64,000 nt of DNA from an uncultured Candidatus Binatia bacterium (GTDB lineage: Bacteria > Desulfobacterota > Binatia > UBA9968 > JAJDTQ01), in the NCBI GenBank assembly GCA_965242525.1, contig OZ251459.1, positions 3,008,001 through 3,072,000 of the forward strand, written 5' to 3'. Position 1 is the first letter of the stretch. Every line of letters starts with the position of its first letter. A program made the translations under genes and the position numbers. The notes below the pieces were generated by a model. It had not been told where the DNA came from. It did no database searches and saw nothing but the letters and a program-made list of their open reading frames with translations. Shown piece after piece: positions 20,121 to 30,614 of this stretch.

Positions 20121-22151
20121 TCAGCTCCAGTAGCGCAGCTTGATGATCAGTACGGCAACCACCGCTCCCACCACCACGTAGAGGTAACTGTTGATGTTCC
20201 CGGTCTGGACCCTTCGGAAGTTGTTGCCGACGGCGAAGGTGACGTTGGCCACCGCGTTCACCAGCATGTCGATGACGTACTTGTCGAACAGGCCGTTGAA
20301 CCACGAGACCACGGTGGTGACCCTGGCCGACCCGTCCACGATGGTGTCGATGACGTAGCGGTCGAAGGCCGCCCCCACCCGCGCCAGCAGCAGCGTGCCG
20401 CCCACGAACACGAACTGGTAGATCTCGTCCACGTAGTACTTGTTGTCGAGCAGGCGGTAGGCGAAGCCCCCGGGGGCCTCCAGCCGCTCCCGCGCCGGCG
20501 CGCGCACGTAGTACAGGCGCCAAGCCGCCACCGCCCCCACCGCGGCCGCGGCGATGGAAGCGCCCATGACCAGCAACTCCTCCACCACCGGGTGGTGCTC
20601 GTGGTGGCCGTGGATGACCGGGTCGAGCCAGTGGTCGAGCTCGCTCCCGCCCAGGAACGCCGGCAGCCCGAGGTAGCCCACGACCACGGAGCCCGCCGCG
20701 AGGATCCACAACGGGTACGTCATGATCTTCGGGGACTCGTGCAGGTGCTCCCGCACGTGGCGGTCGGCCCGGCATTCGCCGAAGAACACCAGGAAGAACT
20801 GGCGGAACATGTAGAACGCGGTCAGGCCCGCCACGAACACGCCCACCGCCCACAGGCCCGGGTTGTGGCTGGCCCAGGTCTGCCACAGGATGGCGTCCTT
20901 GGAGAAGAACCCGGCCAGGAACGGCGTCCCCGCGATGGCCAGGACGCCGACGGCGAAGGTCCAGAAGGTCGCCGGCATGGCCGTTCGCAAGCCGCCCATT
21001 TGCCGCATGTCCTGCTCCCCCTGCATGGCGTGGATGATGCTGCCGGAGCCGAGGAACAGGCACGCCTTGAAGAAGGCGTGGGTGAGCAGGTGGAAGACCC
21101 CCGCGGCGTAGGCCGCCACGCCCATGGCCAGGAACATGTAGCCCAACTGGCTGATCGTGGAGTAGGCCAGCACCCGCTTGATGTCGGTCTGGGTCACGGC
21201 GATGGTGGCGGCGAAGAAGGCGGTGGCCGCGCCCACCACGGCGATGACCCCCAGGGTGGCCGGGGCCGCGGAGAAGAGCTCGTTGAGCCGCGCGATCATA
21301 TAGACACCGGCCGTCACCATGGTGGCCGCGTGGATCAGCGCGCTCACCGGGGTCGGCCCCTGCATGGCGTCCGGCAGCCAGACGTAGAGCGGGAGCTGCG
21401 CGGACTTGCCGGTGGCGCCCACGAACAACAGGAGGGTCACCAGCGTGGCCACGCTCACGCCCCACAGGTCCATGCCCGCCAGCAGCGGCGCGTGCTCCCC
21501 GATCTCCCGGAAGGCCAGGGTGCCGTGGCCGTGCTCGGTCAGGCTCCAGAAGAGCAGGAAGACCCCCAGCACGAAGCCGAAGTCGCCCACCCGGTTGACG
21601 ATGAACGCCTTGTTGCCGGCCCGGGTGTTGGTGTGGTCGCCGAACCAGAACCCGATGAGCGCCCACGAGCACAGCCCCACGCCCTCCCAGCCCACGAACA
21701 TGAGCAGCAGGTTGTCAGCGGTCACCAGCAGCAGCATGGAGAAGGTGAACAGGTTCAGGTAGGCGAAGTAGCGCCACAGGGACCGGTCCTCGTGCATGTA
21801 GCCGATGGAGTAGAAGTGGATCAGTCCGCCGATGCCGCTCACCACCAGGATCATGATGGCCGAAAGCGGGTCCACCCAGAAGGCCACGTCCACGTTGAAC
21901 GAGCCCATGGGGATCCAGCTATAGAACCGGTCGATGAGGAACCGCTCCTTGGCGTCCAGGGAGAGCAGTTGCGCGAAAGCCCACAGGGAGAGCAGGAACG
22001 ACAGGGTCACCGGGGCGCAGGCGATGGCCGCCACCGCGGTCTTGCCCGCGCGCTCCTGTATCCGGGCGCCCAACAGCCCGTTCACCGCCGCGCCCAGCAG
22101 CGGGAGCAGCACGATCCAGCGCAGAAAGTCGGTTTGAACGGGGTGGTCCAT
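20121..22151 (-). CDS. nuoL: NADH-quinone oxidoreductase subunit L
   Basis: GWEGVGLCS, NRVGD, GKSAQLPLYVWLPDAMQGPTPVSALIHAATMV, HAFFKA. Confidence 0.96.
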   Translation of the reverse strand: MDHPVQTDFLRWIVLLPLLGAAVNGLLGARIQERAGKTAVAAIACAPVTLSFLLSLWAFAQLLSLDAKERFLIDRFYSWIPMGSFNVDVAFWVDPLSAIMILVVSGIGGLIHFYSIGYMHEDRSLWRYFAYLNLFTFSMLLLVTADNLLLMFVGWEGVGLCSWALIGFWFGDHTNTRAGNKAFIVNRVGDFGFVLGVFLLFWSLTEHGHGTLAFREIGEHAPLLAGMDLWGVSVATLVTLLLFVGATGKSAQLPLYVWLPDAMQGPTPVSALIHAATMVTAGVYMIARLNELFSAAPATLGVIAVVGAATAFFAATIAVTQTDIKRVLAYSTISQLGYMFLAMGVAAYAAGVFHLLTHAFFKACLFLGSGSIIHAMQGEQDMRQMGGLRTAMPATFWTFAVGVLAIAGTPFLAGFFSKDAILWQTWASHNPGLWAVGVFVAGLTAFYMFRQFFLVFFGECRADRHVREHLHESPKIMTYPLWILAAGSVVVGYLGLPAFLGGSELDHWLDPVIHGHHEHHPVVEELLVMGASIAAAAVGAVAAWRLYYVRAPARERLEAPGGFAYRLLDNKYYVDEIYQFVFVGGTLLLARVGAAFDRYVIDTIVDGSARVTTVVSWFNGLFDKYVIDMLVNAVANVTFAVGNNFRRVQTGNINSYLYVVVGAVVAVLIIKLRYWS

Positions 22152-22172
22152 GGCGCGGCAACTCGTGAAGGG

Positions 22173-22505
22173 CTAGTCCTTGAGGGTCTCGGTGGCCTCG
22201 ACGTCGATGGTGCTGAAGAGCTGGTAGATGGCGAGGACGATGGCCAAGCCGATGGCGGCTTCGGACGCGGCCAGCATGATGATGAAGACGGTGTAGATCT
22301 GCCCGTCCACGTACCCGGTGCTGAAGTGCGAGAACGCCACGTAGTTCAGCCCCGCGGAGTTGAGTATGAGCTCGACCCCCAGCAGGATGCTGATGGCGTT
22401 GCGCCGGGTGAGCACGATGTAGATGCCCAGGGAGAACAGGACGCCCGCCACCACCAGGTAGTGCTCCAGTCCCACGTCCGCCAGCAGTCCAACGAAATCA
22501 GCCAT
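22173..22505 (-). CDS. nuoK: NADH-quinone oxidoreductase subunit K
   Basis: RRNAISILLGVELILN, AASEAAIGLAI. Confidence 0.95.
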   Translation of the reverse strand: MADFVGLLADVGLEHYLVVAGVLFSLGIYIVLTRRNAISILLGVELILNSAGLNYVAFSHFSTGYVDGQIYTVFIIMLAASEAAIGLAIVLAIYQLFSTIDVEATETLKD

Positions 22506-22520
22506 CTTCCGGAACTCTCG

Positions 22521-23027
22521 CTATTCCTTGATTTCCTTGCGCGACAGCGTGATGGCGCCGATGAGGGCCACCAGCAGCACCACCGCGGCGATCTGGAACG
22601 GCAGCAGGTAGTCGCCGAGGAAGAGGTTGCCGATGACCGCGGTGGTGGGCTCGTAAGCCACCTCCGGGGCCTTGACCCAACGGGTCTCGCCGATGGCGTA
22701 AACCAGGATGCCCAGGAAGACCGCCACCGCCGCCAGCGCGGGGATGCGGCCCACCGTGCGGTTGGTGATCCGGATGTCGCTGATCCGGTGGGTCAGCATG
22801 ACCGCGAACAGGATCAGGACCAGGATGCCGCCCACGTAGATCAGCACCTGCACCGCGGCCACGAAGTCCGCCCCGAGGAACACGTACAGCCCGGCCACGC
22901 CCCCGAACGTGCCGAGCAGGGAGAACGCCGAGTGCACGATGTTGCGCGAGAACGCCACGATGCACGCGGACCCCACCACCACGAGGGAAACCAGGTAGAA
23001 GACAAGGACCTCTATGGAAATCTCCAT
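22521..23027 (-). CDS. nuoJ: NADH-quinone oxidoreductase subunit J
   Basis: VQVLIYVGGILVLILFAVML, YLLPF. Confidence 0.95.
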   Translation of the reverse strand: MEISIEVLVFYLVSLVVVGSACIVAFSRNIVHSAFSLLGTFGGVAGLYVFLGADFVAAVQVLIYVGGILVLILFAVMLTHRISDIRITNRTVGRIPALAAVAVFLGILVYAIGETRWVKAPEVAYEPTTAVIGNLFLGDYLLPFQIAAVVLLVALIGAITLSRKEIKE

Positions 23028-23142
23028 GATCTAAACCACCCTTTTGCCGGGAGGAACGGGAGGGTTGCGCCGTGGTTGCGGCAGGGGCAGGAGCCTGTCC
23101 CGCGAAAAGGTCCTGCGAGTTCTCGACGCGGCCATGGGGCCG

Positions 23143-23685
23143 TCAGCTCGGGTCCGGGTCGGCCACCTCGTCCATGTACCTCTTGCCAATGTCAACCTTC
23201 TGGATCATTCGGGGTTCCGTCTCGCCGCCCTTCTTCGGCTTGTAGAGGGGCGTTTTCTCCGTCACGAAATGCCGCACCAGGCCCGCGGGGTTGTTGCAGG
23301 CGCCCTCGAACTCCTGCGTGTGGCGGATGGAGCCCGTGGGACAGGCCTCCATGCACAGGCCGCAATACATGCACTTGCAGATGTCGATGTCGAACTGGGT
23401 GAAGTCCCGCTGCTTGGTCTCCTTGTTCATCTCGATGCCGATGGCGATGCAGTTGATGGGGCACACCCGCTCGCACGCGAGGCAGCCGGTGCAGATGTCC
23501 ATGTCCACCTCCAGTATGCCCCGGTAGCGCAGCGGCAGTGTAGCCTGCACCTGCTGGGCGATGCGGTCCGGGTACTGGACGGTGGAGGGCTTGCGGACGA
23601 AGTGCGAGAAGGTGATGGTCATGCCCTCGAAGATGCTCTGCACGGTGTCCTTGACGTTCCGACAGTATTCGATGACTCCGTTCAT
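23143..23685 (-). CDS. nuoI: NADH-quinone oxidoreductase subunit I
   Basis: TVQYPD and two CxxCxxCxxxCP motifs; the real start is the ATG at 23685 inside the longer track ORF. Confidence 0.93.
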   Translation of the reverse strand: MNGVIEYCRNVKDTVQSIFEGMTITFSHFVRKPSTVQYPDRIAQQVQATLPLRYRGILEVDMDICTGCLACERVCPINCIAIGIEMNKETKQRDFTQFDIDICKCMYCGLCMEACPTGSIRHTQEFEGACNNPAGLVRHFVTEKTPLYKPKKGGETEPRMIQKVDIGKRYMDEVADPDPS

Positions 23686-23714
23686 GGCGTTTCCCAACCG
23701 TGCGTCAGCGGCCC

Positions 23715-24920
23715 CTATACGTAGGGCTTGAGGTACAGGGCGGGGCGCGAGTGCATGATCTGGTAGATCACCCGCCAGACGAAGTAGAGCGCGACGAGCG
23801 CGGACAGGCCCAGGGTGGCCAGGGTCAGCGCGGGGTTCCCGTCGGGCCAGGCCACCAGCAGCGCAATGGTGCCGAACAGGCAGACGAACGAGATGGGCAC
23901 CATGTACTTCCAGCACATGGCCATGAGCTGGTCCACCCGCACCCGGGGCAGGGTGCCGCGCACCCACATGGCCACGAAGGCCCACAGGTACGCCTTGACG
24001 AAGAAGACCGCGAACTCCAGCACCCCCTTGACCACGGGGTGGTCGGCCATCACCACCCCGAAGATCGTGGCCGGTATCTGCCAGCCCCCCAGGAACAGGG
24101 TCGCGGCGATGGCGCCGATGACGTACAGGTTGCCCCACTCCGCGAAGAAGAAGAACAGGAAGCGCATGCCGCTGTACTCTGTGACGTATCCGGCCACCAG
24201 CTCGGACTCGGCTTCCGGGATGTCGAAGGGGGTCCGGTTGCCCTCGGCCAGCGCCGAGGTGAAGAAGAGGAAGAAGGCCACCAGGGTGAAAGGATGGTAG
24301 AAGATGAACCAGTCCCAGGGCGCCCACCCTTGGGCCTCGATGATCCCCTGCATGCTGAGGGTGCCCGCCAGGAAGATCACCGTCAGCACCGACAGGCCCG
24401 CGGGGATCTCGTAGCTGACGATCTGCGCGGCCGAGCGCATGCCCCCCAGCAGCGACCACTTGTTGTTGGACGACCAGCCCGCCATGAGGATGCCCACCAC
24501 CGCCAGGGAAGTGATGGCCAGCAGGTACAGGATGCCGATGTTCAGGTCCGCGGCGATGAGCCAACTGCCGAAGGGTATGACCACGAAAGCGCCGATGAAC
24601 CCGGCGAAGACCACGTAGGGCGCCAGCAGGAAGAGCTTCCGGTCCGCGGCGGCCGGGATGATGTCCTCCTTCTGGATGTTCTTGACCCCGTCGGCGAGCC
24701 ACTGGAGCACCCCCTGGGGACCCACCCGGTTGGGGCCAACCCGGGACTGCATGCGCGCCCACACCCGCCGCTCCAGCCAACTGGTCACCCCCGCGAGGGG
24801 CGCCACGAAGAAGGACAGCACCGCGAAGGCCACCGCCACGGCCGCGAGCGCATAGCCCAACTCCACCGGCACGGCCCCCGGCAACAACCCCTGCAGAAAG
24901 TCCTGGATGCTCGCGTCCAT
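23715..24920 (-). CDS. nuoH: NADH-quinone oxidoreductase subunit H
   Basis: ERRVWARMQSRVGPNRVGP, RSAAQIVSYE, AEGNRTPFDIPEAESELVAG. Confidence 0.96.
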   Translation of the reverse strand: MDASIQDFLQGLLPGAVPVELGYALAAVAVAFAVLSFFVAPLAGVTSWLERRVWARMQSRVGPNRVGPQGVLQWLADGVKNIQKEDIIPAAADRKLFLLAPYVVFAGFIGAFVVIPFGSWLIAADLNIGILYLLAITSLAVVGILMAGWSSNNKWSLLGGMRSAAQIVSYEIPAGLSVLTVIFLAGTLSMQGIIEAQGWAPWDWFIFYHPFTLVAFFLFFTSALAEGNRTPFDIPEAESELVAGYVTEYSGMRFLFFFFAEWGNLYVIGAIAATLFLGGWQIPATIFGVVMADHPVVKGVLEFAVFFVKAYLWAFVAMWVRGTLPRVRVDQLMAMCWKYMVPISFVCLFGTIALLVAWPDGNPALTLATLGLSALVALYFVWRVIYQIMHSRPALYLKPYV

Positions 24921-25060
24921 GGAAACCCGCCCCGTCACTCGAAGCCCGCCCCCGTCATTCCGAAACCCACTCCGTCACTCGAAACCCACCCTGTCACCCG
25001 AAACCCGCCCGTCATTCCCACAGAAACCCACTCCGTCATTCCCGCGAAAGCGGGAATCCA
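24921..25060 (+). repeat. REP cluster: about six tandem GAAACCCRCYCCGTCAYTC units ending in GTCATTCCCGCGAAAGCGGGAATCC
   Basis: Direct inspection; ATTCCC-N8-GGGAAT palindrome, also present inverted at about 51170-51195. Confidence 0.85.
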
Positions 25061-25103
25061 CTTGCCAGCAGAAAGTCCCGATGCCAGCGTCCATGGAAAC
25101 GGC

Positions 25104-26240
25104 CTACCGGTCGATCTCCGGCGCGTCCACGTCGAGACTGGCGATCAACGCGATCAGGTCGGCCACCATGATCCCCGGACTGATCTTGTCGATGATGCTC
25201 ATGGCGGTGAAGGAGCCGGTGCGGATGCGCACCCGGTAGGGGTACTCGCTGCCGTCGCTGACCACGTAATAGCCCATGTCCCCGCGGGGGGCCTCCACGC
25301 GCACGTAGGTCTCGCCCTGGGGGGGCTTGAACTTGCGCGCCACCTTGGCGATGGCCGGCCCCTCGGGCAACCGCTCGATGCACTGGCGGAGGATCTTGCA
25401 GCTCTCCATCAACTCCCGGATGCGCACGGAGTAGCGGTCGTAGGAGTCCCCCAGGGTCCCCCGCTCGCCCCGGCCCACCGGCACCTCGAAGTCGAGCTCG
25501 GGATAGACCGAATAGGGGATGTCCCGGCGGATGTCCCACCGGACCCCGGAGGCCCGCAGGTTCGGACCCACCAGGTTGTACTGGAGCGCGTCCTCCCGGG
25601 AGATCACCGCGACGTGGGCCAGCCGCTCGATGAAGATCTTGTTGTAGGACAGCAGCCGGTTGTACTCATCGACGATAGGCTCGAAGTGGTTCAGGAACGC
25701 GGTGATCCGGTCGCAGGTGTCGGGCTTGATGTCGTAGCCCACGCCGCCGATGCGGAGGTAGTTGTAGGTGAGGCGGGCGCCGCAGATCTCCTCCATGAGG
25801 TCGTTGATGGTCTCCCGCTCCCGGAGCGCGTGCAGGAAGGGGGTGATGGCGCCGATGTCCTGCCCGAAGGTGCCCACCGCGATGAGGTGGCTGGCGATGC
25901 GGTTGAGCTCGCACGCGATGACGCGGCAGTACTCGCCCCGGGGCGGCACCTCGATGCCCGCCAGCCGCTCCGCGGCCATGCAGAAGCCCTGGTTGGCGAA
26001 CATGGCGGCCAGGTAGTCGGCCCGGTCGGTGTAGGGGACGTAGCCGTGCCAAGTCACCTTCTCGCCGATCTTCTCGATGGAGCGGTGCAGGTAGCCCACG
26101 TCGGGGATGGCTTCGCTGATGACCTCGCCGTCGGTCTTGACCACGAACCGGAGCACCCCGTGGGTGCTCGGATGCTGCGGCCCCACGTTGAGGGTCATGT
26201 CTTCCGTGTGCAAGCGGCTGGCCGCGGCAACTTCGCTCAT
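25104..26240 (-). CDS. nuoD: NADH-quinone oxidoreductase subunit D
   Basis: [30 protein letters not shown]-terminal EIDR. Confidence 0.95.
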   Translation of the reverse strand: MSEVAAASRLHTEDMTLNVGPQHPSTHGVLRFVVKTDGEVISEAIPDVGYLHRSIEKIGEKVTWHGYVPYTDRADYLAAMFANQGFCMAAERLAGIEVPPRGEYCRVIACELNRIASHLIAVGTFGQDIGAITPFLHALRERETINDLMEEICGARLTYNYLRIGGVGYDIKPDTCDRITAFLNHFEPIVDEYNRLLSYNKIFIERLAHVAVISREDALQYNLVGPNLRASGVRWDIRRDIPYSVYPELDFEVPVGRGERGTLGDSYDRYSVRIRELMESCKILRQCIERLPEGPAIAKVARKFKPPQGETYVRVEAPRGDMGYYVVSDGSEYPYRVRIRTGSFTAMSIIDKISPGIMVADLIALIASLDVDAPEIDR

Positions 26241-26289
26241 GGGTATCGATCCTTCCCGGAGTCCTGGGTCGCGTGAACGGTCCCGGCGG

Positions 26290-26796
26290 TCAGCGCATGT
26301 TCTCCGGCACCAGCGGCTCCCGCTCGGTGCTGATGCCGTCGTACTCTTCCTGCTCCACGAAGTCCTTGCGCAGCGGATAACCCACCCAGTCCTCGGGCAA
26401 CAGGATCCGGCGCAGGTCCGAATGGCCCTCGAAGACCACCCCGAAGAGGTCGAAGACCTCCCGCTCGAACCAGTTGGCGACCTTCCAGACGTCCTCTACG
26501 GTCGCCACCCGGGGCGCCTCCCGGTCGAGGGCGGCCTTCAGCACGACCTGTTGGCGCGTCTCGTAGGAGTAGAGGTGATAGACCACTTGGATCGCGTCCT
26601 CCTTGGGGAGGTCCACGGCCGTCAGGTCCGAGAGCACCTCGAACTTGAGGGCGTCGTCGTCCCGCAACGCGAGGCAGACCGCCTTGAGGCTGGCCGGCCG
26701 GACCTCGAAGAAAGGGTCCAGGCCCTGCTCGTCCAGGTCTCCCACCCCGTCGGGGCAAAGCTCCCTGGCGCGCTCGTGTATCTCCTTTGCGGTCAT
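26290..26796 (-). CDS. nuoC: NADH-quinone oxidoreductase subunit C
   Basis: [39 protein letters not shown]. Confidence 0.95.
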   Translation of the reverse strand: MTAKEIHERARELCPDGVGDLDEQGLDPFFEVRPASLKAVCLALRDDDALKFEVLSDLTAVDLPKEDAIQVVYHLYSYETRQQVVLKAALDREAPRVATVEDVWKVANWFEREVFDLFGVVFEGHSDLRRILLPEDWVGYPLRKDFVEQEEYDGISTEREPLVPENMR

Positions 26797-26818
26797 GCCT
26801 GCCCGGAAGCCCCCGCCG

Positions 26819-27196
26819 TCAGTTCTTCACCCACTCCAGGTCACCCTTGCACCAGTCGTAGATGAGGCCCAGGAACACGATGAGGGTGAAGACCGCGATG
26901 GCGCCGAAGGCGAACAGGCCCGCGTCGTTCTGGAGCCAGTCCCGGAAGACCACCGCCACCGGGAAGATGAAGGCGATCTCCACCTCGAAGATGATGAAGA
27001 TGAGCGCGATGAAGTAGAACCGGACGTTGAAGTTGACCCACGCGCTTCCGGACGCGGGCTCGCCGCACTCGTAGGTGGAGAGCTTCCTCAGTTGCGGGTT
27101 GGAAGGCCGCAACAGCCGCCCGATCAGCAGGTTCACCCAGACGAAACCCACCCCCAGCAAAGTGAAAGCCAGCACACTGGCGAAATCGAAGAGCAT
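26819..27196 (-). CDS. nuoA: NADH-quinone oxidoreductase subunit A
   Basis: KLSTYECG, FNVRFY, FEVEIAFIFP, KGDLEW. Confidence 0.95.
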   Translation of the reverse strand: MLFDFASVLAFTLLGVGFVWVNLLIGRLLRPSNPQLRKLSTYECGEPASGSAWVNFNVRFYFIALIFIIFEVEIAFIFPVAVVFRDWLQNDAGLFAFGAIAVFTLIVFLGLIYDWCKGDLEWVKN

Positions 27197-27336
27197 TCTT
27201 TCCCTTGGCAAGCCGAAGAAATCGGCAATCTTTTCAGGGGCCTACTATATGCACAAAAGCCGGTCCCGGTCAACAAAGGCGACATGGGGGGCCTGCGGCG
27301 CCCTCCATCGACTCCCGGCGAGACCGGGGGGGGCTC

Positions 27337-27399
27337 GACAAGGATTGGGGTGGTCTCCACCTCGCCGTCTCCTTCGATGGCGGCGACAATCGTCGGCAT
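27337..27399 (-). pseudogene. N-terminal remnant of a DUF4276 (TOPRIM-like) gene
   Basis: MPTIVAAIEGDGEVETTPILV resembles the DUF4276 start (IVEGxGEVxAVPIL) and lies directly after its usual ABC-ATPase partner; similarity is then lost. Confidence 0.55.
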
Positions 27400-27409
27400 G
27401 GCTCAGGGA

Positions 27410-28621
27410 TCAACGTACGGAGAAGAAATCGCTTTGACCGGGGGACGCCAAGGCGGGGTCCGGTCGGAGTTGGTCCGTGCGGAGGAGCTCGCCGGCCGTG
27501 AACAGCCGGTCGCGCAAGACCGAGCGACCGGCTTGGTCAAGGGAACCGATCTTCGTCTCGCCGTGCTCGGCTACGACGGCCAGGATCGACTCGTCGGGAA
27601 TATCGTGGTTGTCGAGCAGATCCGGGCTGTGGCTCGTTACGAGGACCTGCACGTGCTCCGTCGCATCCCGAAGGGCGTCCACGAGGACCCCGGCGGCCGC
27701 GGGATGAAGCGCGATCTCCGGCTCTTCGATACCCACCAGTCGAGGAGCGGAGTCACCGTTTCCTGCTCCCTGGAAGAGCGCCAGGAGGACAGCGAAGGCG
27801 CGCAGGGTCCCATCCGACATGTTGCTCGCAAGGAAACGCCAAGGGTGCTTCGACCCACGGACTTCCTGCCGGAATTCGAGGGTTTCCCTGGGGCCGATCA
27901 ACCGCGGAGAGACTTCGGTGATTCCGGGGACGACTTTCCCGAGATACTCCTCGACCCGCGTCTTGAAATCGGGCGAGTGCGCCTCGAGGTTGGACAACAC
28001 GCTCGCCACGTTGCTTCCGTCCCGCAGCAAGAGGTCCCCCGGGTCGGGGGGTTGGAGGTCTCGGATGGCGTCGGGGTTCAGGTTGTAGAACCCCGTATCC
28101 GACAGGGCGTCATAGACGGGACGAAAAGCATCGACGCCCGAAACGTTGACCAGATACAGGCGGTCGGCCGCGGCCACCGGCGGTGACGACAGGGTACTCT
28201 TGACGACGCGCCCTCGCTCCACCCTGTAGTAGTCATTCCCCTTCTCTCGAATCACAACGCATTCTTCGCGCTGGATATCGTATCCGCCCTGCTTCCTGGC
28301 CCCGACCGTAAACGCATATTGTCCCTTTGAACCTGCGAGGTTGAACCCCACATGGATGCCGAAATTGGTCGGATGACCGCTGGAACGCCTGCGCACCTCG
28401 TTGATCCCGCCCCGGTCCCGCAAGGCGTGATCCATCGAGGACCAGAGCGAATCCGCCACGAAACGCAGTGCATCGAGAAAATTGCTTTTCCCCGAGCCGT
28501 TCGGACCCACGAGAAACGAAAGCTGCGCCGGCGAAACGCTGCACGCAGCGATGCTCTTGTAGTTGCGCAGCATGACCCGGGTCAGCAGCCGCTTATCCTG
28601 CTTGTCCGTCATCTGGTCCAT
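27410..28621 (-). CDS. AAA_21/ABC-type ATPase
   Basis: LRNYKSI, Walker A GPNGSGKSN, signature MSDGT, Walker B IEEPE, H-loop TSHSP. Confidence 0.9.
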   Translation of the reverse strand: MDQMTDKQDKRLLTRVMLRNYKSIAACSVSPAQLSFLVGPNGSGKSNFLDALRFVADSLWSSMDHALRDRGGINEVRRRSSGHPTNFGIHVGFNLAGSKGQYAFTVGARKQGGYDIQREECVVIREKGNDYYRVERGRVVKSTLSSPPVAAADRLYLVNVSGVDAFRPVYDALSDTGFYNLNPDAIRDLQPPDPGDLLLRDGSNVASVLSNLEAHSPDFKTRVEEYLGKVVPGITEVSPRLIGPRETLEFRQEVRGSKHPWRFLASNMSDGTLRAFAVLLALFQGAGNGDSAPRLVGIEEPEIALHPAAAGVLVDALRDATEHVQVLVTSHSPDLLDNHDIPDESILAVVAEHGETKIGSLDQAGRSVLRDRLFTAGELLRTDQLRPDPALASPGQSDFFSVR

Positions 28622-28689
28622 GGTTCTCGTGCGGCCCGAAATCCGTGCATGGCGGTCCCGGTTGCCGGTTCATCGAACGGGATCTCTTG

Positions 28690-28808
28690 CGAAACGTCCG
28701 GTCCATGATTCCCTCACCCTGACGCCCCTATCCCCATTCGTCCTGAGCGCAGCGAAGCGGAGTCGAAGGACGCGCTCATGCTCTCTGTCCCGATCGTTCG
28801 GAGGTTCC
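28690..28808 (-). repeat. REP/MITE-like copy overlapping the 3' end of drmB
   Basis: CCCCATTCGTCCTGAGCGCAGCGAAGCGGAGTCGAAGGACGCGC core; GAGGTTCC end. Confidence 0.7.
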
Positions 28809-30614
28809 CGAAGTCCATCCCGGGGCGGGGAAGAAGGCCGCGTCTTCCAGTCCGAGCACCGGCGCCGCCAGGGCGCGGTCCAGGTACTCGTTGTGCACCT
28901 CGCACGAGGTCTCGGCGAGCAGGGCGCAGCCGTGGCACGCGGCGCCGTGCAGCCAGCGCCGTTCCATGGAGTCGCTGGGTTGGTGCTGGGCGCAGATGGG
29001 GTCGTTGGAGCAGAGGGCGCCCGTCCGCAGCGCGTCCGCGAGATGGTCCTCCACGCGGCGGGCCTGTTGGACCAGGCCGCCCAGAGTTCCCTCGGAGTCC
29101 GGGGTCCCGGTGTAGAGGAGGATGCCGAAACGCTCGCCGTCCGGCCCGGGCTCCGCGTAGATGCGCTCGCGGATGGAGCTTGCCGGATAACCGCAGCGCA
29201 TGGCCATGGACTGGATCAGCAGGTGCGAAAGGGTGTGGAGCAGCACGTACGGCCCGCCGGGGAACGGCCGTTGGGTCTTGCGCCCCTGGAGCCAGGCCGC
29301 GTGGCCTTCGGCGAGCCGGTGGAGCCGCTCCCTGACCGGGGGACGCCGCAACCACGCCTCCACCGCGTCCGTGCGCAGTTGGAGGAACACCCCTTCGCCG
29401 CGGTTCTCGACCGCGGGGAACCACTGCGGCTCCAGGGCGATGTCCGCCCGTTCCACGTCGGTCTCGTACTCACCGTGGATGTCCGGCGTCACCGCGTCGA
29501 TGCGGGTGAACCCGATGAGGGCCAGCACCTCGCGCAGGCGGTGGAGCTGGACCACCGACGCGACCCCCTCGCCGTGCTCCGACCGCCGCTAGGCGTCATC
29601 GGGCAGCCGGCGGGCGTGGAAGTCGGCGTCCACCGGCGCAGGGTCGCCGGACCCTTCGGGCGCGCCCAGCAGCGCGTCCATCTCCACCTGCTTCACGGGC
29701 CGGTCACTGCCCTTGCCGTGCTTCAGTTCGGCGATGGCGTGCAGGACTTCCGTATCGTCGAAGGCCGCGAGCGCCTGTGCGACCTTGGGCTTCTTCTTCA
29801 AGGTCGCAAGGTCCCCGGCGTCGTCCACGATCTGGAGGGCCTCCCACGAGTCACGGACCGCGGTCTCCACCGCCTTGCCCCGGTCCGGCAGCGACAGCAC
29901 GCTGACCACCTGCGGGAAGTACGCGTTGGACGCGGTGCGGATGAGCAGGCGGCTCGGGTGGGCGCAAGACTCCTCGGCGCCGCGGCCCAGCCAGGGCCGG
30001 GCGCCCCGACACGGGCCCAGGGGCCTGTTTTCGATCTCCGCGGCTTCGTAGAGGAACCTCGATTTCCCGCACTCGCAGCGCACGATGAGCTCGGCCAGGT
30101 CTCCCGTGGTGCCGCGCTCGCCGAGCCACAGTTGCCGCCGGCAGTCGTCACCGCCTCGGTGCACGAACCTTGTCCAGTCGAGGTCGTCCACGTGGCCCTT
30201 CGGGCAGGCGCGAACGAAGCGGGTGGGCACCACCGACTGGCCCTCGAAGCGGCCGTTCCGGTCCAACGCCTTTCTGTGCGCCAAGCGGCGCGAACGGCCG
30301 CCCTCGGTTCCCCCGCCGTCTTCCTGGACCACGAACCATTCCGGGAAACGCCACGCGGTGACGCCCCTGGCCTTCTCCCAGGGTTGGTCGGGCGCAGGGG
30401 GCGGCGCGTAGAGCCTGGGCGCGGGGACGCCGGTCATGTTCCGGAGCTTGTTCGTGAGCCTCGGCTCCACCACCTCGTCCAGTTCGCCGGGGGTCGGCCA
30501 CGTGTCCAGCCCGCCCACGATGGCCGAATGGTTCGGCAGGTCGATGAGCGCGCCGGGGCCGTAGGTGGTGACGGCCTGGCTCTGGCGAACCTGTCCGTGG
30601 GCGCGGTCGCTCAT
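28776..30614 (-). pseudogene. drmB: DISARM DrmB (DUF1998) with in-frame amber stop at 29589-29591
   Basis: N-terminal VRQSQAVTTYGPGALIDLP; C-terminal LLHTLSHLLI, CGYPASSIRERIY, CSNDPIC, AACHGC. The two track ORFs are in one frame separated by a single TAG (DDA*RRS). Confidence 0.88.

Noticed and set aside
24921-25060. Tandem repeats as a CRISPR array
   Set aside because: Units are adjacent with no unique spacers and end in a REP palindrome.
17615-26276. Long + strand ORFs (842, 936, 858 aa) opposite the nuo genes
   Set aside because: Antisense shadows of GC3-rich genes; no recognisable motifs.
29589-29591. Pyrrolysine or recoded amber read-through in drmB
   Set aside because: TAG ends several normal genes in this window and no pyl genes are visible; a Trp-to-stop change is simpler.
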